Virus record (IMG/VR): IMGVR_UViG_3300021254_000005
Reading direction: 5' to 3' (one strand)
Length of the DNA: 40,940 nt
From: a virus
Part shown: positions 19,863 to 29,706 of the stretch, one piece after another
How the letters are laid out: each line of letters starts with the position of its first letter
How positions within the stretch are numbered: position 1 is the stretch's first letter
Made by a program: the position numbers and the translations under genes
The notes under the pieces: model-generated
Seen by the model: the letters and a program-made list of their open reading frames with translations, nothing else
Databases searched by the model: none
Told to the model about the DNA's origin: nothing

Positions 19863-20526
19863 TACCACCCCACAATTGCCTATTTATGCTCTCTAAAATA
19901 TCTGTAGAATTGTTCTTGCTATCACTATTTATATTGATATTTATGTTATTTTCATTGCTGCCTTCTTTGTTGCCTTGTCTTATTTTGAATTTTAGGTCAA
20001 TCGCCTTTCTTCTTTCATTTTGTACCATTATAAGAGATTTATTGAACTTATCTATTAGTTCATCTGTTCTTTTTGCCTCTGTTGAAACTTGTGTTCCATA
20101 TTTATTCATTGATACAATTGTTAAATCCTTTTGTTTTTCTTTGAGCTCTTGAATTTTCTTTAAATATCTATATTCTAGCATATCACATGTATCTATTTCA
20201 TGTTGAATTTGCTCTAACTCTGTTGGAACATTATCTGAATTTAGAATTGATTGTTCTTCTTCAGAAAATAAATTCCTAAACTTTGAATAATATCCCGTAA
20301 CAACTGCATTTTGGTTGTCTTTTGGTGGATGAGCATTTTTATTGCCTTTATTTCCTTTGACTCCTCGACCACCTTTATTGCCTTTTGTTCCGCCTCTCCT
20401 TTTTCTGTGCCAGCCTTGAGTTTTTATAATAGAATTTAATTTATTTAAAGTAATATGGTGTCTCTTGGCAATATCTTTTAATGGAACATTATTATCATAT
20501 TTTTCTTTAATCGCTTTAATATCCAC
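19840..20526 (-). CDS. terS: terminase small subunit (N-terminal HTH)
   Basis: N-terminal HTH (PLKDIAKRHHITLNKLNSI) followed by a basic Gly/Lys-rich tract. Lies directly upstream of TerL. Confidence 0.75.
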   Translation of the reverse strand: MDIKAIKEKYDNNVPLKDIAKRHHITLNKLNSIIKTQGWHRKRRGGTKGNKGGRGVKGNKGNKNAHPPKDNQNAVVTGYYSKFRNLFSEEEQSILNSDNVPTELEQIQHEIDTCDMLEYRYLKKIQELKEKQKDLTIVSMNKYGTQVSTEAKRTDELIDKFNKSLIMVQNERRKAIDLKFKIRQGNKEGSNENNINININSDSKNNSTDILESINRQLWGGNDDGNTE

Positions 20527-20547
20527 ATTACCTTATCATCCTTTCTA

Positions 20548-21561
20548 TTAAGATTTACCAAATATTGTATCGTAGAGCTCTTTATTATCTATGTATTCGG
20601 TTTTCATTCCATCTTCAAAAGTTTGTCCTTTATATTTTAGTTTTCCTAGAGTTGTCTGTTTCATTCTGCCTAAAATAGCAGCACTCCCTTTTTCTTTCAT
20701 GGAAGCGGTTACTTCTGTTTCCTTATTATTTATAATATGGCATAAATTATATGAATTTCCCTTAAATCCCTCTAGGTTATCTATTCCACAACAACACATT
20801 GCATCTCCTAAAGTTCTTAATCTGTTTTCTCCACAGTAGAATTTTAATCCATATTTGTGTGCCTCTTCTTTTAATTGGATGAAATCTTTTTGCAATACTT
20901 CTTTTGGATATACAAAATCGCCTCCAACTTTTATCAATTTGCCTCTTTTTTTAGCAAATTTCATTCCCTCAACAACAACTCCATATACTCCCGCTTCTGA
21001 TAGTCTTTTCATATTATCTTTGACATCTTTAAATACCTGTGTCATATATGGTTGTATTCTGACAATTACTCTTTTTACTTTTTTCGACAAAATTCTACAC
21101 ATTTCAAGTCTTTCTTCATAAGTTGGTGCTCCTAATTCTAATTTATCATATTTAGAACATATCATGCTTATTTGAACCACACAATTGCATTTACTTAATA
21201 AATCTAAATAGTCTTTTTCCACAATTAGCTTTCCTTTTGTGGAAACAATAAAAGGATATTGAGTCTTGGCCAATACTTTTAAACATTCATAAGATAATCT
21301 ATATCTTTTTTCAGCTGGTTGAAATGGATCACTCATTCCACCCCAATGAATAGGAATATTCCAATCGCACCATTTTAAATCATTACCCCTATGACCATTT
21401 ATAAAGTTTTCTAATGCTTTTGCAGTTTCTCCTTTGTCTATATCAGAAATGTCTTTTTTTCTCTGTACAAAACAATATTTACAAGCATGTGAGCAACCTT
21501 TGTATGTGTCAAATCTTATTGGTACATCACATAAAACTACTTGACTTCCACAACTTGGCAT
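20548..21561 (-). CDS. radical SAM protein (SplB / DNA-photolyase-like, COG1533-type)
   Basis: CxxxCxxC cluster motif in YKGCSHACKYCFVQ. AAGGAGGTGG RBS before the ATG at 21561. Confidence 0.7.
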   Translation of the reverse strand: MPSCGSQVVLCDVPIRFDTYKGCSHACKYCFVQRKKDISDIDKGETAKALENFINGHRGNDLKWCDWNIPIHWGGMSDPFQPAEKRYRLSYECLKVLAKTQYPFIVSTKGKLIVEKDYLDLLSKCNCVVQISMICSKYDKLELGAPTYEERLEMCRILSKKVKRVIVRIQPYMTQVFKDVKDNMKRLSEAGVYGVVVEGMKFAKKRGKLIKVGGDFVYPKEVLQKDFIQLKEEAHKYGLKFYCGENRLRTLGDAMCCCGIDNLEGFKGNSYNLCHIINNKETEVTASMKEKGSAAILGRMKQTTLGKLKYKGQTFEDGMKTEYIDNKELYDTIFGKS

Positions 21562-21562
21562 A

Positions 21563-22165
21563 TTAGTCCACCTCCTTAACAACTTCAGCAGTCATTAATT
21601 CGATTAACTTATCTTTTCCAAATAGCTTAACATAAGCCAAATACTTTTCTTCATATATCTTGTCAATAGTAAATGTCATTGAGAACTTATCTAGTGGCTT
21701 ACTTCCCATGTCTGAAAAATCTTCATTTACTAAATCTTCAATGAAATCCATTTTTAGATTTTCAATTTCTTCATTTGAGAAACCAGTAATATACTGTTCC
21801 GCTTCATCAAAATCAATATTAGTAAATAAATCTTTCAATTTTTCATTGTCCCAGAAACCTGTGTTTTTATTTAGAGATAAATTAAGTTCTATTTCATCAA
21901 CTTCATCTAAATCTACTAAAACACATTGAATTTCTTTGTACCCTAGTTCTTTTAATATGTTGTATCTTTGGTGTCCACCAACTATTGTATATAATCCATT
22001 TCTTTTATTAACTACTAATGGATCTACCACTCCAAATTTGGTAATACTTGCCTTAATTCTTTTGTAAGTATCATCATCTGGTTGTAGTTCAATTCTTGGA
22101 TTGTATTTAGCTGGTTTTAATTTTGCTAAATCCATAGTTCTGATTTCTGCATTTTCAATTTTCAT
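21563..22165 (-). CDS. ParB-like nuclease domain protein
   Basis: ParB/Srx N-terminal domain signature ...KYNPR...VVDPLVV...IVGGHQRYNILKELGY. Confidence 0.75.
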   Translation of the reverse strand: MKIENAEIRTMDLAKLKPAKYNPRIELQPDDDTYKRIKASITKFGVVDPLVVNKRNGLYTIVGGHQRYNILKELGYKEIQCVLVDLDEVDEIELNLSLNKNTGFWDNEKLKDLFTNIDFDEAEQYITGFSNEEIENLKMDFIEDLVNEDFSDMGSKPLDKFSMTFTIDKIYEEKYLAYVKLFGKDKLIELMTAEVVKEVD

Positions 22166-22284
22166 AATATACCTCTTTTCTAAAACACAATTGAAAATAT
22201 ATTATAAAAATTAGAGGCAACCCCACATTTTTAAACGGAATTACCTCTACTACATAACTATGATAATACTATAATAGCACATTT

Positions 22285-22716
22285 TTATTTGCTCTTTCTT
22301 GCTTTTTTTTGCTCACTTTTATTTTTGTCTAATTTATCGAACTCATTTAGAGCCTCTCCGTTGAGATGACAAGTTTTATAATAACTATAATGAACTACTA
22401 CAGAAACCTCTTCTAATGTCTTTCCATTTATATAATTCTCTTGTAATATTGTTGCATAGAGTGGTTTCAATTGATTTAATTGGTCATATAATTCTTTTGT
22501 GTATTCTTTAAATTGCTGCAATTCTTTCTGTAATATTTCATTTTTTTCATCTAAAAACTTCTCTAGCTCATAGCTTGTCTTATTTTTTGCATGAGGCATC
22601 CCATCCATTTTTTGAGTTATATTCATTATTCTTGTTTCTTCTTCTTCAAGAAATTCCAATTTTGATTTTATGTATTTTTTTCTATTTCTAAAATCTTTTA
22701 AATCTTTTCTAGTCAT
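22285..22716 (-). CDS. late-gene transcriptional regulator (sigma-70 region-4-like / DUF1492-like)
   Basis: 143 aa. The C-terminal part LQENYINGKTLEEVSVVVHYSYYKTCHLNGEAL resembles a sigma region-4 HTH. Lies at the early/late boundary. Confidence 0.55.
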   Translation of the reverse strand: MTRKDLKDFRNRKKYIKSKLEFLEEEETRIMNITQKMDGMPHAKNKTSYELEKFLDEKNEILQKELQQFKEYTKELYDQLNQLKPLYATILQENYINGKTLEEVSVVVHYSYYKTCHLNGEALNEFDKLDKNKSEQKKARKSK

Positions 22717-22774
22717 TGCACCACTCCTAATCTTCTTTTGTATTATTAGGTGTCGTTAGATTCTTTAATTTTTA

Positions 22775-23176
22775 TTACATCTCTTTTATAAATTTGTTGT
22801 ATTTTACTGCTATCTCATGCTCTATTTTGCAACCTCTAGCATCTTCCCAACCTTTCATAAATATAACTGCATCTACTTTACTCATTGCATCAATAGATTT
22901 TGCTAAATAAAATAGTGGTTTATCTTGTGCCTCGTCTGGTGTTTCTGCAAATATTGTATTCACAACTTCGTAGCCTTTCTCCTCTAAACTTTTTACTAAA
23001 TCTGCTCTTTCTTCTTCTATTTGCTCTTGTGTTTTGCCATTCATTGGCTGACTAATCATTATTTTCATATTTTTATCTATCCTTTCTTTGTATAAGATTT
23101 TATATTTTACTAATTCATCATATTTATCCTGGTCAACTGTTACTGTTGGTGTACAAAATACTCTATCTAGTGCCAT
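22775..23176 (-). CDS. DUF4406 / nucleoside 2-deoxyribosyltransferase-like protein
   Basis: Pattern KIMISQPMNGK...YEVVN...DAVIFMKGWEDARGCKIEHEIA. GGAGGAGG RBS before the ATG at 23176. Confidence 0.55.
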   Translation of the reverse strand: MALDRVFCTPTVTVDQDKYDELVKYKILYKERIDKNMKIMISQPMNGKTQEQIEEERADLVKSLEEKGYEVVNTIFAETPDEAQDKPLFYLAKSIDAMSKVDAVIFMKGWEDARGCKIEHEIAVKYNKFIKEM

Positions 23177-23178
23177 TT

Positions 23179-23460
23179 TTATTCCTCCTCCATATTTATA
23201 CATCTATTTTCAAATTTCTTATAAGCATCTAAATATAGCTCTTTTTTGTCTCCATTATATGTACATTCATAATACATTCCATTAAATAATGTTGTACTTA
23301 ATAATGCCTTGTTATTTTGTAATGTTTTACATTGCCAAACAACAAAAACATCAAACTCTGGAACATTATCACTTTTATCCAAATGATCCATTTCATATTT
23401 TCTAACTATTTCTTTACACTTATTTATAAATTTTTCATCTCCCATTTTAAATACCTCCAT
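23179..23460 (-). CDS. hypothetical protein
   Basis: 93-aa ORF in the early operon, translationally coupled. Confidence 0.55.
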   Translation of the reverse strand: MEVFKMGDEKFINKCKEIVRKYEMDHLDKSDNVPEFDVFVVWQCKTLQNNKALLSTTLFNGMYYECTYNGDKKELYLDAYKKFENRCINMEEE

Positions 23461-23990
23461 TAAAATAATAAATTTCCATTTTCATCTGTCATACTGCCAG
23501 TTATGTTTTTAGTTTCTTCTGGCTTTTCTCTTGTAATTCCTTTTATTGCCCAAAATTGAGCCTCTTCTATTTTTGTAATTGCTAATGATGTCTCTCTGCT
23601 TGGTTTGCAGTTTGTTTCTATAAAATCGTACACATCAGAAAACATATTTCTAACATCATCAATTCTATTTTGCTGTTCTTCGGTTGTGTTTGTGTATTTT
23701 GCTCTATCATTCATTACTTCTTTCCCTCCTTTCTCCTTTGATTTTTTTGAAATTGCTCCCAAATTTTGTCGAATTTCACTTTTGCATGTGCTTTTTTGTG
23801 TTCTTTCATCAATTGTTGTCTTTGAATTTTCCTTGCTAAACTTCCCATAATCATCTTCCTTTCTATTTTCAATTTTTGATATTGTCCTATGTGCTTTAAC
23901 AAATTTTTCACAATAGGTTAAATGCTCACTTGCTAAATTGCAATTGAGAAAATATCCACAATCTAAACATACATTTCTAGCCATCTGCAT
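23460..23990 (-). CDS. hypothetical protein, N-terminal Cys cluster
   Basis: 176-aa ORF with CLDCGYFLNCN...YCEKF and a C-terminal SLAITKIEEAQFWAIKGI helix. Confidence 0.55.
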   Translation of the reverse strand: MQMARNVCLDCGYFLNCNLASEHLTYCEKFVKAHRTISKIENRKEDDYGKFSKENSKTTIDERTQKSTCKSEIRQNLGAISKKSKEKGGKEVMNDRAKYTNTTEEQQNRIDDVRNMFSDVYDFIETNCKPSRETSLAITKIEEAQFWAIKGITREKPEETKNITGSMTDENGNLLF

Positions 23991-24120
23991 CCCTCACATT
24001 ATATTTAATTTTTAATTCATCTAGATTTTTAGCAGCCTTTATGTCATCTTTTATTCCATAATAACTAACTGCGAAACCTATTAAAAAACTTACCACAAAA
24101 ACGAATAGTATTGTTCCCAT
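23977..24120 (-). CDS. small single-pass membrane protein (47 aa, not in the ORF track)
   Basis: Hand translation gives MGTILFVFVVSFLIGFAVSYYGIKDDIKAAKNLDELKIKYNVRDADG. AAGGAGG RBS upstream. Confidence 0.45.
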   Translation of the reverse strand: MGTILFVFVVSFLIGFAVSYYGIKDDIKAAKNLDELKIKYNVRDADG

Positions 24121-24271
24121 TTTTCCTTGCCTCCTTTATTATTTCACTTCTTAATTTACAAGCTTGATAATTTAATTGATAAGATAGGAAACCAAATGTA
24201 TTTCCTATCGACTCATCATAAGGAATGTGAATTTTTCTACAATATTTTTCTAATAAAGTTTTTTTCCTCAT
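24065..24271 (-). CDS. hypothetical protein
   Basis: 68-aa ORF with an AAGGAGAA RBS. Its 3' end overlaps the small membrane ORF. Confidence 0.4.
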   Translation of the reverse strand: MRKKTLLEKYCRKIHIPYDESIGNTFGFLSYQLNYQACKLRSEIIKEARKNGNNTIRFCGKFFNRFRS

Positions 24272-24282
24272 TATATTTCTCC

Positions 24283-24573
24283 TTAATTCCCTAATATTTG
24301 ATAAGCTATCAATCTATGTAATTTTTCGTTTTCTTCTAGATCACAATCTCTTGTGTGTGACCTAAATAAACCTAATCTATATAATCTATTATGTGTTTTC
24401 CATTCTTTTAACCAACTTTTATAACTTCTTTTGCTCTGATAGTTTGTCCTCTTTTTAAATAATATCAATATAAGTGTCATTTTCTTTTCATCTGTAATTA
24501 AATAGGAATTAACTATTCTTACAAAACATGAATTATATTGAATTTTTACACCCTCAATTTCAATTTCATTCAT
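24283..24573 (-). CDS. hypothetical protein
   Basis: ORF with a GGAG RBS before the ATG at 24573. Confidence 0.5.
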   Translation of the reverse strand: MNEIEIEGVKIQYNSCFVRIVNSYLITDEKKMTLILILFKKRTNYQSKRSYKSWLKEWKTHNRLYRLGLFRSHTRDCDLEENEKLHRLIAYQILGN

Positions 24574-24988
24574 TAGTTTTCTCCTTTTTCTTTTTTGCAC
24601 ATTTCAAATCTTTCAAAATCCTAGGTGTATATTGCCTATTCTCTTGATTTCTTTTTAATGTATCTATGTTTTCTACTACCTGCTCTAAATCTCCAACTAT
24701 TCCTTTTACTATGTAATTGTCAACAAAGCCTTTTGTGGTTTTTATAAGCTCCAGCTTTTCCTTTATTATTCTTCTTTCTTTCCTAGAATGAATTAACTTT
24801 TTAGCTGTTGCCATAACTTCAATAGCATTTAAATTTCCTAATTCAAGTTCATGTAAGTAATCTGTCGTTTCATCATCTTTTATTGATAGTTGGTCCTCTA
24901 ATTCTTTTTTTACATCATAAATATTTGTAAAAATACTTTTAAAATCAGTAATTACCTTTTTTACCTCTTCCATATTGTCTAGCTGCAT
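24566..24988 (-). CDS. hypothetical coiled-coil protein
   Basis: 140-aa ORF. Confidence 0.5.
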   Translation of the reverse strand: MQLDNMEEVKKVITDFKSIFTNIYDVKKELEDQLSIKDDETTDYLHELELGNLNAIEVMATAKKLIHSRKERRIIKEKLELIKTTKGFVDNYIVKGIVGDLEQVVENIDTLKRNQENRQYTPRILKDLKCAKKKKEKTNE

Positions 24989-25006
24989 GGTATTGCCTCC
25001 TTTGTA

Positions 25007-25477
25007 TTATTTATTTTTAAATTCATTTTTTAATTTGTTGATATATGAATAATGTGGCTTTCTGTGTGCTATTTCCTTAATAATTTCACATGTACTTTTC
25101 TTGTCATTCCAACTCAAACAACTGCCAAAATATTCTCTTCCAAATCTGCATTTGTCAATTAATTCGTTTTGTTTTTCTCTATCCATTTTGCAAAATATTT
25201 CGTATTCTATTTCTCTATCGGCTTTATCTAATATTTCTTGAAACACATCTAACCAATCAAAATTTGGTTCAACTTCATATTTTGGCTCTGTTACTCTTAT
25301 TATTTCCTTGCCACAATACGGACAGAATTTTATTTTTTCTGTTTCTTCAAAATATAGTGGAATAAATATATCTTCTTGAAAATATAATTTGTTTTTACAT
25401 TCTGAACATTCATGATATTGATATTCTGTGTCATTATATATTGGTATTAATATAGTTCCAGCATTATCTTTATTCAT
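25007..25477 (-). CDS. zinc-ribbon hypothetical protein
   Basis: CSECKNK...CPYCGKE pairs. Confidence 0.5.
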   Translation of the reverse strand: MNKDNAGTILIPIYNDTEYQYHECSECKNKLYFQEDIFIPLYFEETEKIKFCPYCGKEIIRVTEPKYEVEPNFDWLDVFQEILDKADREIEYEIFCKMDREKQNELIDKCRFGREYFGSCLSWNDKKSTCEIIKEIAHRKPHYSYINKLKNEFKNK

Positions 25478-25958
25478 TTATGTTTTTCCCCCTTGGCAAA
25501 TATATTGTTCCACCATGTTTTTCTATAATGTCAATAAATTCTTCCATTGTTATTCCAGCTAATATGTTATATTTATCTGTATGTATCCATGCAACTGCAT
25601 GTTTGTTTATTCCTTCTACTGAATATGGACTATTTGAAAAATTATCACATGGCAATACCTCATCCCAATCTTCAGTTTCAAAATATAATACTTTGTGTTT
25701 TATTTCATGATGTTTCCATTTCCTTTTGAATATATCCTCATTATCTTCTATAAGTTCGCTCCAATGGTCATAAGGCAAACCAGCATTGTGTTCGTATGGT
25801 GCATCATCCCAGTCATCTCCCCATTGTTTCTCAAAATTATTTGTGAACCATGCTTTATGTCCATCAACATAACACAATTTATATTCATCATAATGGCAAC
25901 CAGTACATCCCATTTTTTCCACTCTGCAATGATCCCATTCTTTACCTGTGCATTTCAT
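25470..25958 (-). CDS. hypothetical protein
   Basis: Start placed at MKCTGKEW after an AAGGAGGGAGAGG RBS. Confidence 0.5.
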   Translation of the reverse strand: MKCTGKEWDHCRVEKMGCTGCHYDEYKLCYVDGHKAWFTNNFEKQWGDDWDDAPYEHNAGLPYDHWSELIEDNEDIFKRKWKHHEIKHKVLYFETEDWDEVLPCDNFSNSPYSVEGINKHAVAWIHTDKYNILAGITMEEFIDIIEKHGGTIYLPRGKNINE

Positions 25959-26346
25959 CTTTTGCCTCTCCCTCCTTTTTCTGAATTTGATAACATGCTT
26001 CTCTAACTTCCTTGTATATTTCTTCTGTGGTCCATCTTTTTCCACCACTTCTAAATTCTAATGGTAATAGTTCCTCATAGCCTCCATAATCTCCATAATG
26101 TCCATAATCCCAACCAATAAACTTTCCATTTATTTTTTCATTATCACTTATCCATAAATGGTCATTTGAATATGTAACTCCTCCATGCACATCTATATCG
26201 TTTTCATCTATTTTTGAATTGTTAGGCATTTTTATATATGCAGTTGGATGTAATCCTAAATTCATAATAAAATATAGTAATCCAAAACAAAAACCTGTTG
26301 CTAATACTTCTCTTTTTGATTCTGTAGAATAAATCATTTGCTTCAT
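25942..26346 (-). CDS. hypothetical protein
   Basis: ATGA coupling to the upstream ORF at 26343-26346. Confidence 0.5.
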   Translation of the reverse strand: MKQMIYSTESKREVLATGFCFGLLYFIMNLGLHPTAYIKMPNNSKIDENDIDVHGGVTYSNDHLWISDNEKINGKFIGWDYGHYGDYGGYEELLPLEFRSGGKRWTTEEIYKEVREACYQIQKKEGEAKDEMHR

Positions 26347-26576
26347 TCGGCTTTCTCCTCTCTTCCACAACATTCACATTTCAGATATGTAATATGTTCT
26401 CTTGGAACTCTTAATATTTTATTGTGTCCATCTTCTTCAATAATTGGTTCGTATGTTATTGTTTTTGAATGTAGTAGATAATTGTGTTTTCCTTTTTTGC
26501 ATAGAAATTTAGATTTAAAATGGGGAAAAATACACCATATTATTTTATGTATATTGTAGGTATCTTCAATTTTCAT
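26343..26576 (-). CDS. hypothetical Cys-containing protein
   Basis: 77-aa ORF. Confidence 0.45.
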   Translation of the reverse strand: MKIEDTYNIHKIIWCIFPHFKSKFLCKKGKHNYLLHSKTITYEPIIEEDGHNKILRVPREHITYLKCECCGREEKAE

Positions 26577-26578
26577 AA

Positions 26579-26983
26579 TTAAATCTCCTCTATCATTACT
26601 GCAACATTTGCATTTTGTGAATAATATTTTTCAACCTCTAATTTAACAACTTGCTTATCATCTAAATATGCAATTCCATTTAATGAATCCAATATACTTT
26701 TTGCAATATTGTCTGTGTCTGGTTTTACAGTTGGATATATTTCATCATTCAGCATTTGTTGTTTTTTCTTTTTGCTTGCACTTTTTGGAACTTCATAATA
26801 TGCAATTATTTTTACTTTTAATGGTTTTTCTAATGGCTGTTGCCCTCTGTATTTTTCTAAAAAGCATGTTCTAACCCAGTTTTCATAGGCAATTGTTTCT
26901 TTCGGTGTATATGCAAATTTTCCATTAAATCTAGGTCTTTGCTTGGCTTGTACTTTTCCTTGAACAATAAAATTAATCTTCAT
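26579..26983 (-). CDS. rusA: RusA-family Holliday junction resolvase
   Basis: Pattern ...GKVQAKQRPRF...TPKETIAYENWV...KPDTDNIAKSILDSLNGIAYLDDKQV is typical of RusA. Confidence 0.85.
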   Translation of the reverse strand: MKINFIVQGKVQAKQRPRFNGKFAYTPKETIAYENWVRTCFLEKYRGQQPLEKPLKVKIIAYYEVPKSASKKKKQQMLNDEIYPTVKPDTDNIAKSILDSLNGIAYLDDKQVVKLEVEKYYSQNANVAVMIEEI

Positions 26984-27159
26984 AATTTATCATTTCTCCT
27001 TTTTTCTTATCAGTTAGTTTCGTTTTAAAATTTTATACAATGATGGTCATTTTTTTATACCAAATTTGATAAAATTTATGGCTGATTTTAATTTTTTATC
27101 ATGCAATAATAAAATTACATGTCTAAAAAATAAATCGCCTTAAAATTGATTTTGAGATG

Positions 27160-27360
27160 TCATATTTTTAATTGTTGATAATCTGATACCATTTTGCCGA
27201 CATCGGGAAGATGTTCTTTCTTCCCAATATCAACATATTTGCAGTAATTCACTCCAGTAAAATTATAATCTTCTAACTTCTGACAACCTAAACACCAATT
27301 ATTTTGAATTGCCTTTTCACAAATTCCAGTTAACTTTGGATATTTTCTTCTTTCAACCAT
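27160..27360 (-). CDS. hypothetical Cys-rich protein
   Basis: ATG at 27360 overlaps the replisome organizer stop (ATGGTTGA). Confidence 0.45.
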   Translation of the reverse strand: MVERRKYPKLTGICEKAIQNNWCLGCQKLEDYNFTGVNYCKYVDIGKKEHLPDVGKMVSDYQQLKI

Positions 27361-28166
27361 TCTTTTTCTCCAGTTCATTTCTAAAACATACAATAAAGTA
27401 ATTCATAAAATCTTCTAATTTATCTTCATCATCAATTGTAACAGGACAATACTTTTTTGCTGCTAGAAATATTCTTGTAAATAATTTCTCTTTTAAATTT
27501 AATAAATATATCTTATATGGGCTTAAATATATTTGAGTTATTGCATAATATTTTAATTGTAAATCGAATTTCATTTCTTCTGGTAAATATGTATCATGTT
27601 CTCCTATGTATAATTCCAGTTGTTTTAATGTATTCTCAATTGATATTCTATCTGTTTCATTCAGCCCTTTGAATTTGTTATTCTTTTTATTTATAAATAA
27701 ATACAAAGAATTTAATTTTATTTTATTTAATTTATTATTTTTATTATCCTTATTATTATTATTATCTTTATTATATTGTTGTTGCTCGTTTGTTATTTGT
27801 TTGTTATTTGAATGTTGCTCGTTTGTTGATTTGTTTGTTATCTTTTCGCCTTTAGATTGATAAAGTCCATAGTTTTCAATGGTTATGAGAGTATATTTGT
27901 TTGTTGTTTTGATTGTTATTTCTCCGAGTTTTTTCTAGTTTATTCAGTACCGTTCTTACTTGTTGAGTTGATAAATTAGTTTCATTTGCTAAATTTCCAA
28001 TAGATGTTATTTTCTGTCCAGGAAGAATTTCTATGCCATGCCATTTTGCTTTTGTCCAGTTAGTTGTTAATAATAAATGAATAAAAACAATTTTGACATT
28101 ATTATCATCATACCATTCCCAATCGAGAATTTTTCTATGTAAATTGATAAAACCCTCTGTGTACAT
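27353..28166 (-). CDS. replisome organizer (phage replication initiator, winged-helix N-terminus). Needs a +1 shift at CGG 27924-27926
   Basis: The two track ORFs (27876-28166 and 27353-27706) join as ...VLNKLEKT | GEITIKTTNKYTLITIENYGLYQSKGEK... if C27926 is skipped. The +1 frame is open from 27934 to 27356. Confidence 0.8.
27781..27841. repeat. direct repeats inside the replisome organizer gene (candidate origin iterons)
   Basis: gttgctcgtttgttatttgtttgttat (27781-27807) and gttgctcgtttgttgatttgtttgttat (27814-27841), next to an AT-rich tta/tat tract at 27700-27780. Confidence 0.5.
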
Positions 28167-28189
28167 AACTTTCTTCCTTTCATACTAAT

Positions 28190-29050
28190 TTATTTTTGTA
28201 AAAATGGATCATCTTCATTTGTAGTTTGATTTTGTTCTTCTGTAACTGGTTGTTGTTCTGGTTGTTGTTCTTCTTCTTGAACTGATTCTGTTACTTCAAA
28301 TTCATTATCAACATATTCATAAGTTCCATCTTCTTTTATTTCTGCCATGTCGCTTTCCATAGCTTTTTGCATATCAACACTCATGATACCCCATTTAGAA
28401 ATTAATTGTCTTAACATTGTTTTATATGCCATTCCATCAAAGTCTTTTTCCCAGAATGTGTATCCTTTATGTGCTTTATAGCCCATTGAATATTTTTCAG
28501 CATGTGCTTCCATGTGTTTCTTTGTCCAATATAATGTTTTTCTGAAACCATTTAGATATTCAAACATAGCATAATAACCAATTGTTGGAGCTTTTTCTCT
28601 TTCCTCCTCATCTTCTATCAATTTAACTTCAATATCTTCATTAAGTGCATCATATTTTACTAATTCGCCCTCTTTAATTGCTAATACATTTAGTTTTTTA
28701 TAATATCCGCTTCTGATTGCTAATTGAATATAACCTTTATAACCAATTTGGAATTGAGCAACCTTACATCCTCTTTTATTATCATTAAAAGGAACCATAT
28801 AATATTGTCCTAATTGTGGACTAGGGCTCAAATTAAGAGCCTGTCCTACTAATGCAGCAGAGAGAATTGTTGAATGGTCACATTCTGCTAATTGTGGATT
28901 TGTACTAACTGCTGATATAATTGCAGTAATAAACTGTTGACCTTTTTCTCCTCCTACCATTTCATTGATTTTCTTTTTCATTGCATCTGTGCTTAAAAAT
29001 GCACTAAATGTTTGTTTCTGTGTTTTAACTAAACTATTTTTAACTTCCAT
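28190..29050 (-). CDS. recT: RecT-family single-strand annealing protein
   Basis: ...LAECDHSTILSAALVGQALNLSPSPQLGQYYMVPF...QIGYKGYIQLAIRSG... is typical of RecT. Confidence 0.85.
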   Translation of the reverse strand: MEVKNSLVKTQKQTFSAFLSTDAMKKKINEMVGGEKGQQFITAIISAVSTNPQLAECDHSTILSAALVGQALNLSPSPQLGQYYMVPFNDNKRGCKVAQFQIGYKGYIQLAIRSGYYKKLNVLAIKEGELVKYDALNEDIEVKLIEDEEEREKAPTIGYYAMFEYLNGFRKTLYWTKKHMEAHAEKYSMGYKAHKGYTFWEKDFDGMAYKTMLRQLISKWGIMSVDMQKAMESDMAEIKEDGTYEYVDNEFEVTESVQEEEQQPEQQPVTEEQNQTTNEDDPFLQK

Positions 29051-29067
29051 TTTTCGTTCCTACCTTT

Positions 29068-29403
29068 CTAAAATAAACTTTGTTGTTCATTTACATTTTT
29101 TACAATAACATCATTTTCTTCGTTTATTTCAACTGCATAATCAAATCCCGCCATACCTTTATATGCTGTCTTATCTTCTTTTACTTTTTCTGTAAATTGA
29201 AATTCATAAGTAGGTTGTAAATATTTTTCAATTTTATCGTTAAATTCCCTCTCTTTTTCAATAACTCCAACACTTATTTTTAGTGTTATTTCTGATTCTT
29301 TTCCTGTTAGAATTGCATTTTTTGTGTACATGCTTATTGCATCTTCCAATTTTTCTTTCATAGGTTTTAATAACTCATTATCTAAATTTAATTTTTCTTG
29401 CAT
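29068..29403 (-). CDS. hypothetical protein
   Basis: 111-aa ORF in the recombination module. Confidence 0.5.
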   Translation of the reverse strand: MQEKLNLDNELLKPMKEKLEDAISMYTKNAILTGKESEITLKISVGVIEKEREFNDKIEKYLQPTYEFQFTEKVKEDKTAYKGMAGFDYAVEINEENDVIVKNVNEQQSLF

Positions 29404-29406
29404 TTT

Positions 29407-29706
29407 TTATTCCTCCCCAGTTATTTTTTTTAATAATTCTTTAAATTCATTTTCATTTTCTTTTGTAATGTGAATTTCTTTCACTTGTATTTTTGGTTGT
29501 TCGTCTTTAATTCCCATTCCTAAATTAAAAGCATATCTGATTTTGTGTTCTGCTATATGTCCATGCTCTTTTATTTCTTTAACAAACATTGCTAATGCTG
29601 TTAAAACACTTTCTTCATTTTTAGCTTTAACTTCAATTCGTGTTTCCTCTTCATTTTCGATTAATCGAACATCAAATTTGCAATCTTGTTTTTTCTTCTT
29701 TTCCAT
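29407..29706 (-). CDS. hypothetical protein
   Basis: 99-aa ORF. Confidence 0.5.
   Translation of the reverse strand: MEKKKKQDCKFDVRLIENEEETRIEVKAKNEESVLTALAMFVKEIKEHGHIAEHKIRYAFNLGMGIKDEQPKIQVKEIHITKENENEFKELLKKITGEE

Noticed and set aside
27700-27780. tta/tat microsatellite-like tract as a non-coding spacer between two genes
   Set aside because: Once the +1 shift at 27926 is applied, the tract lies inside one continuous reading frame encoding an Asn/Lys-rich linker of the replisome organizer.
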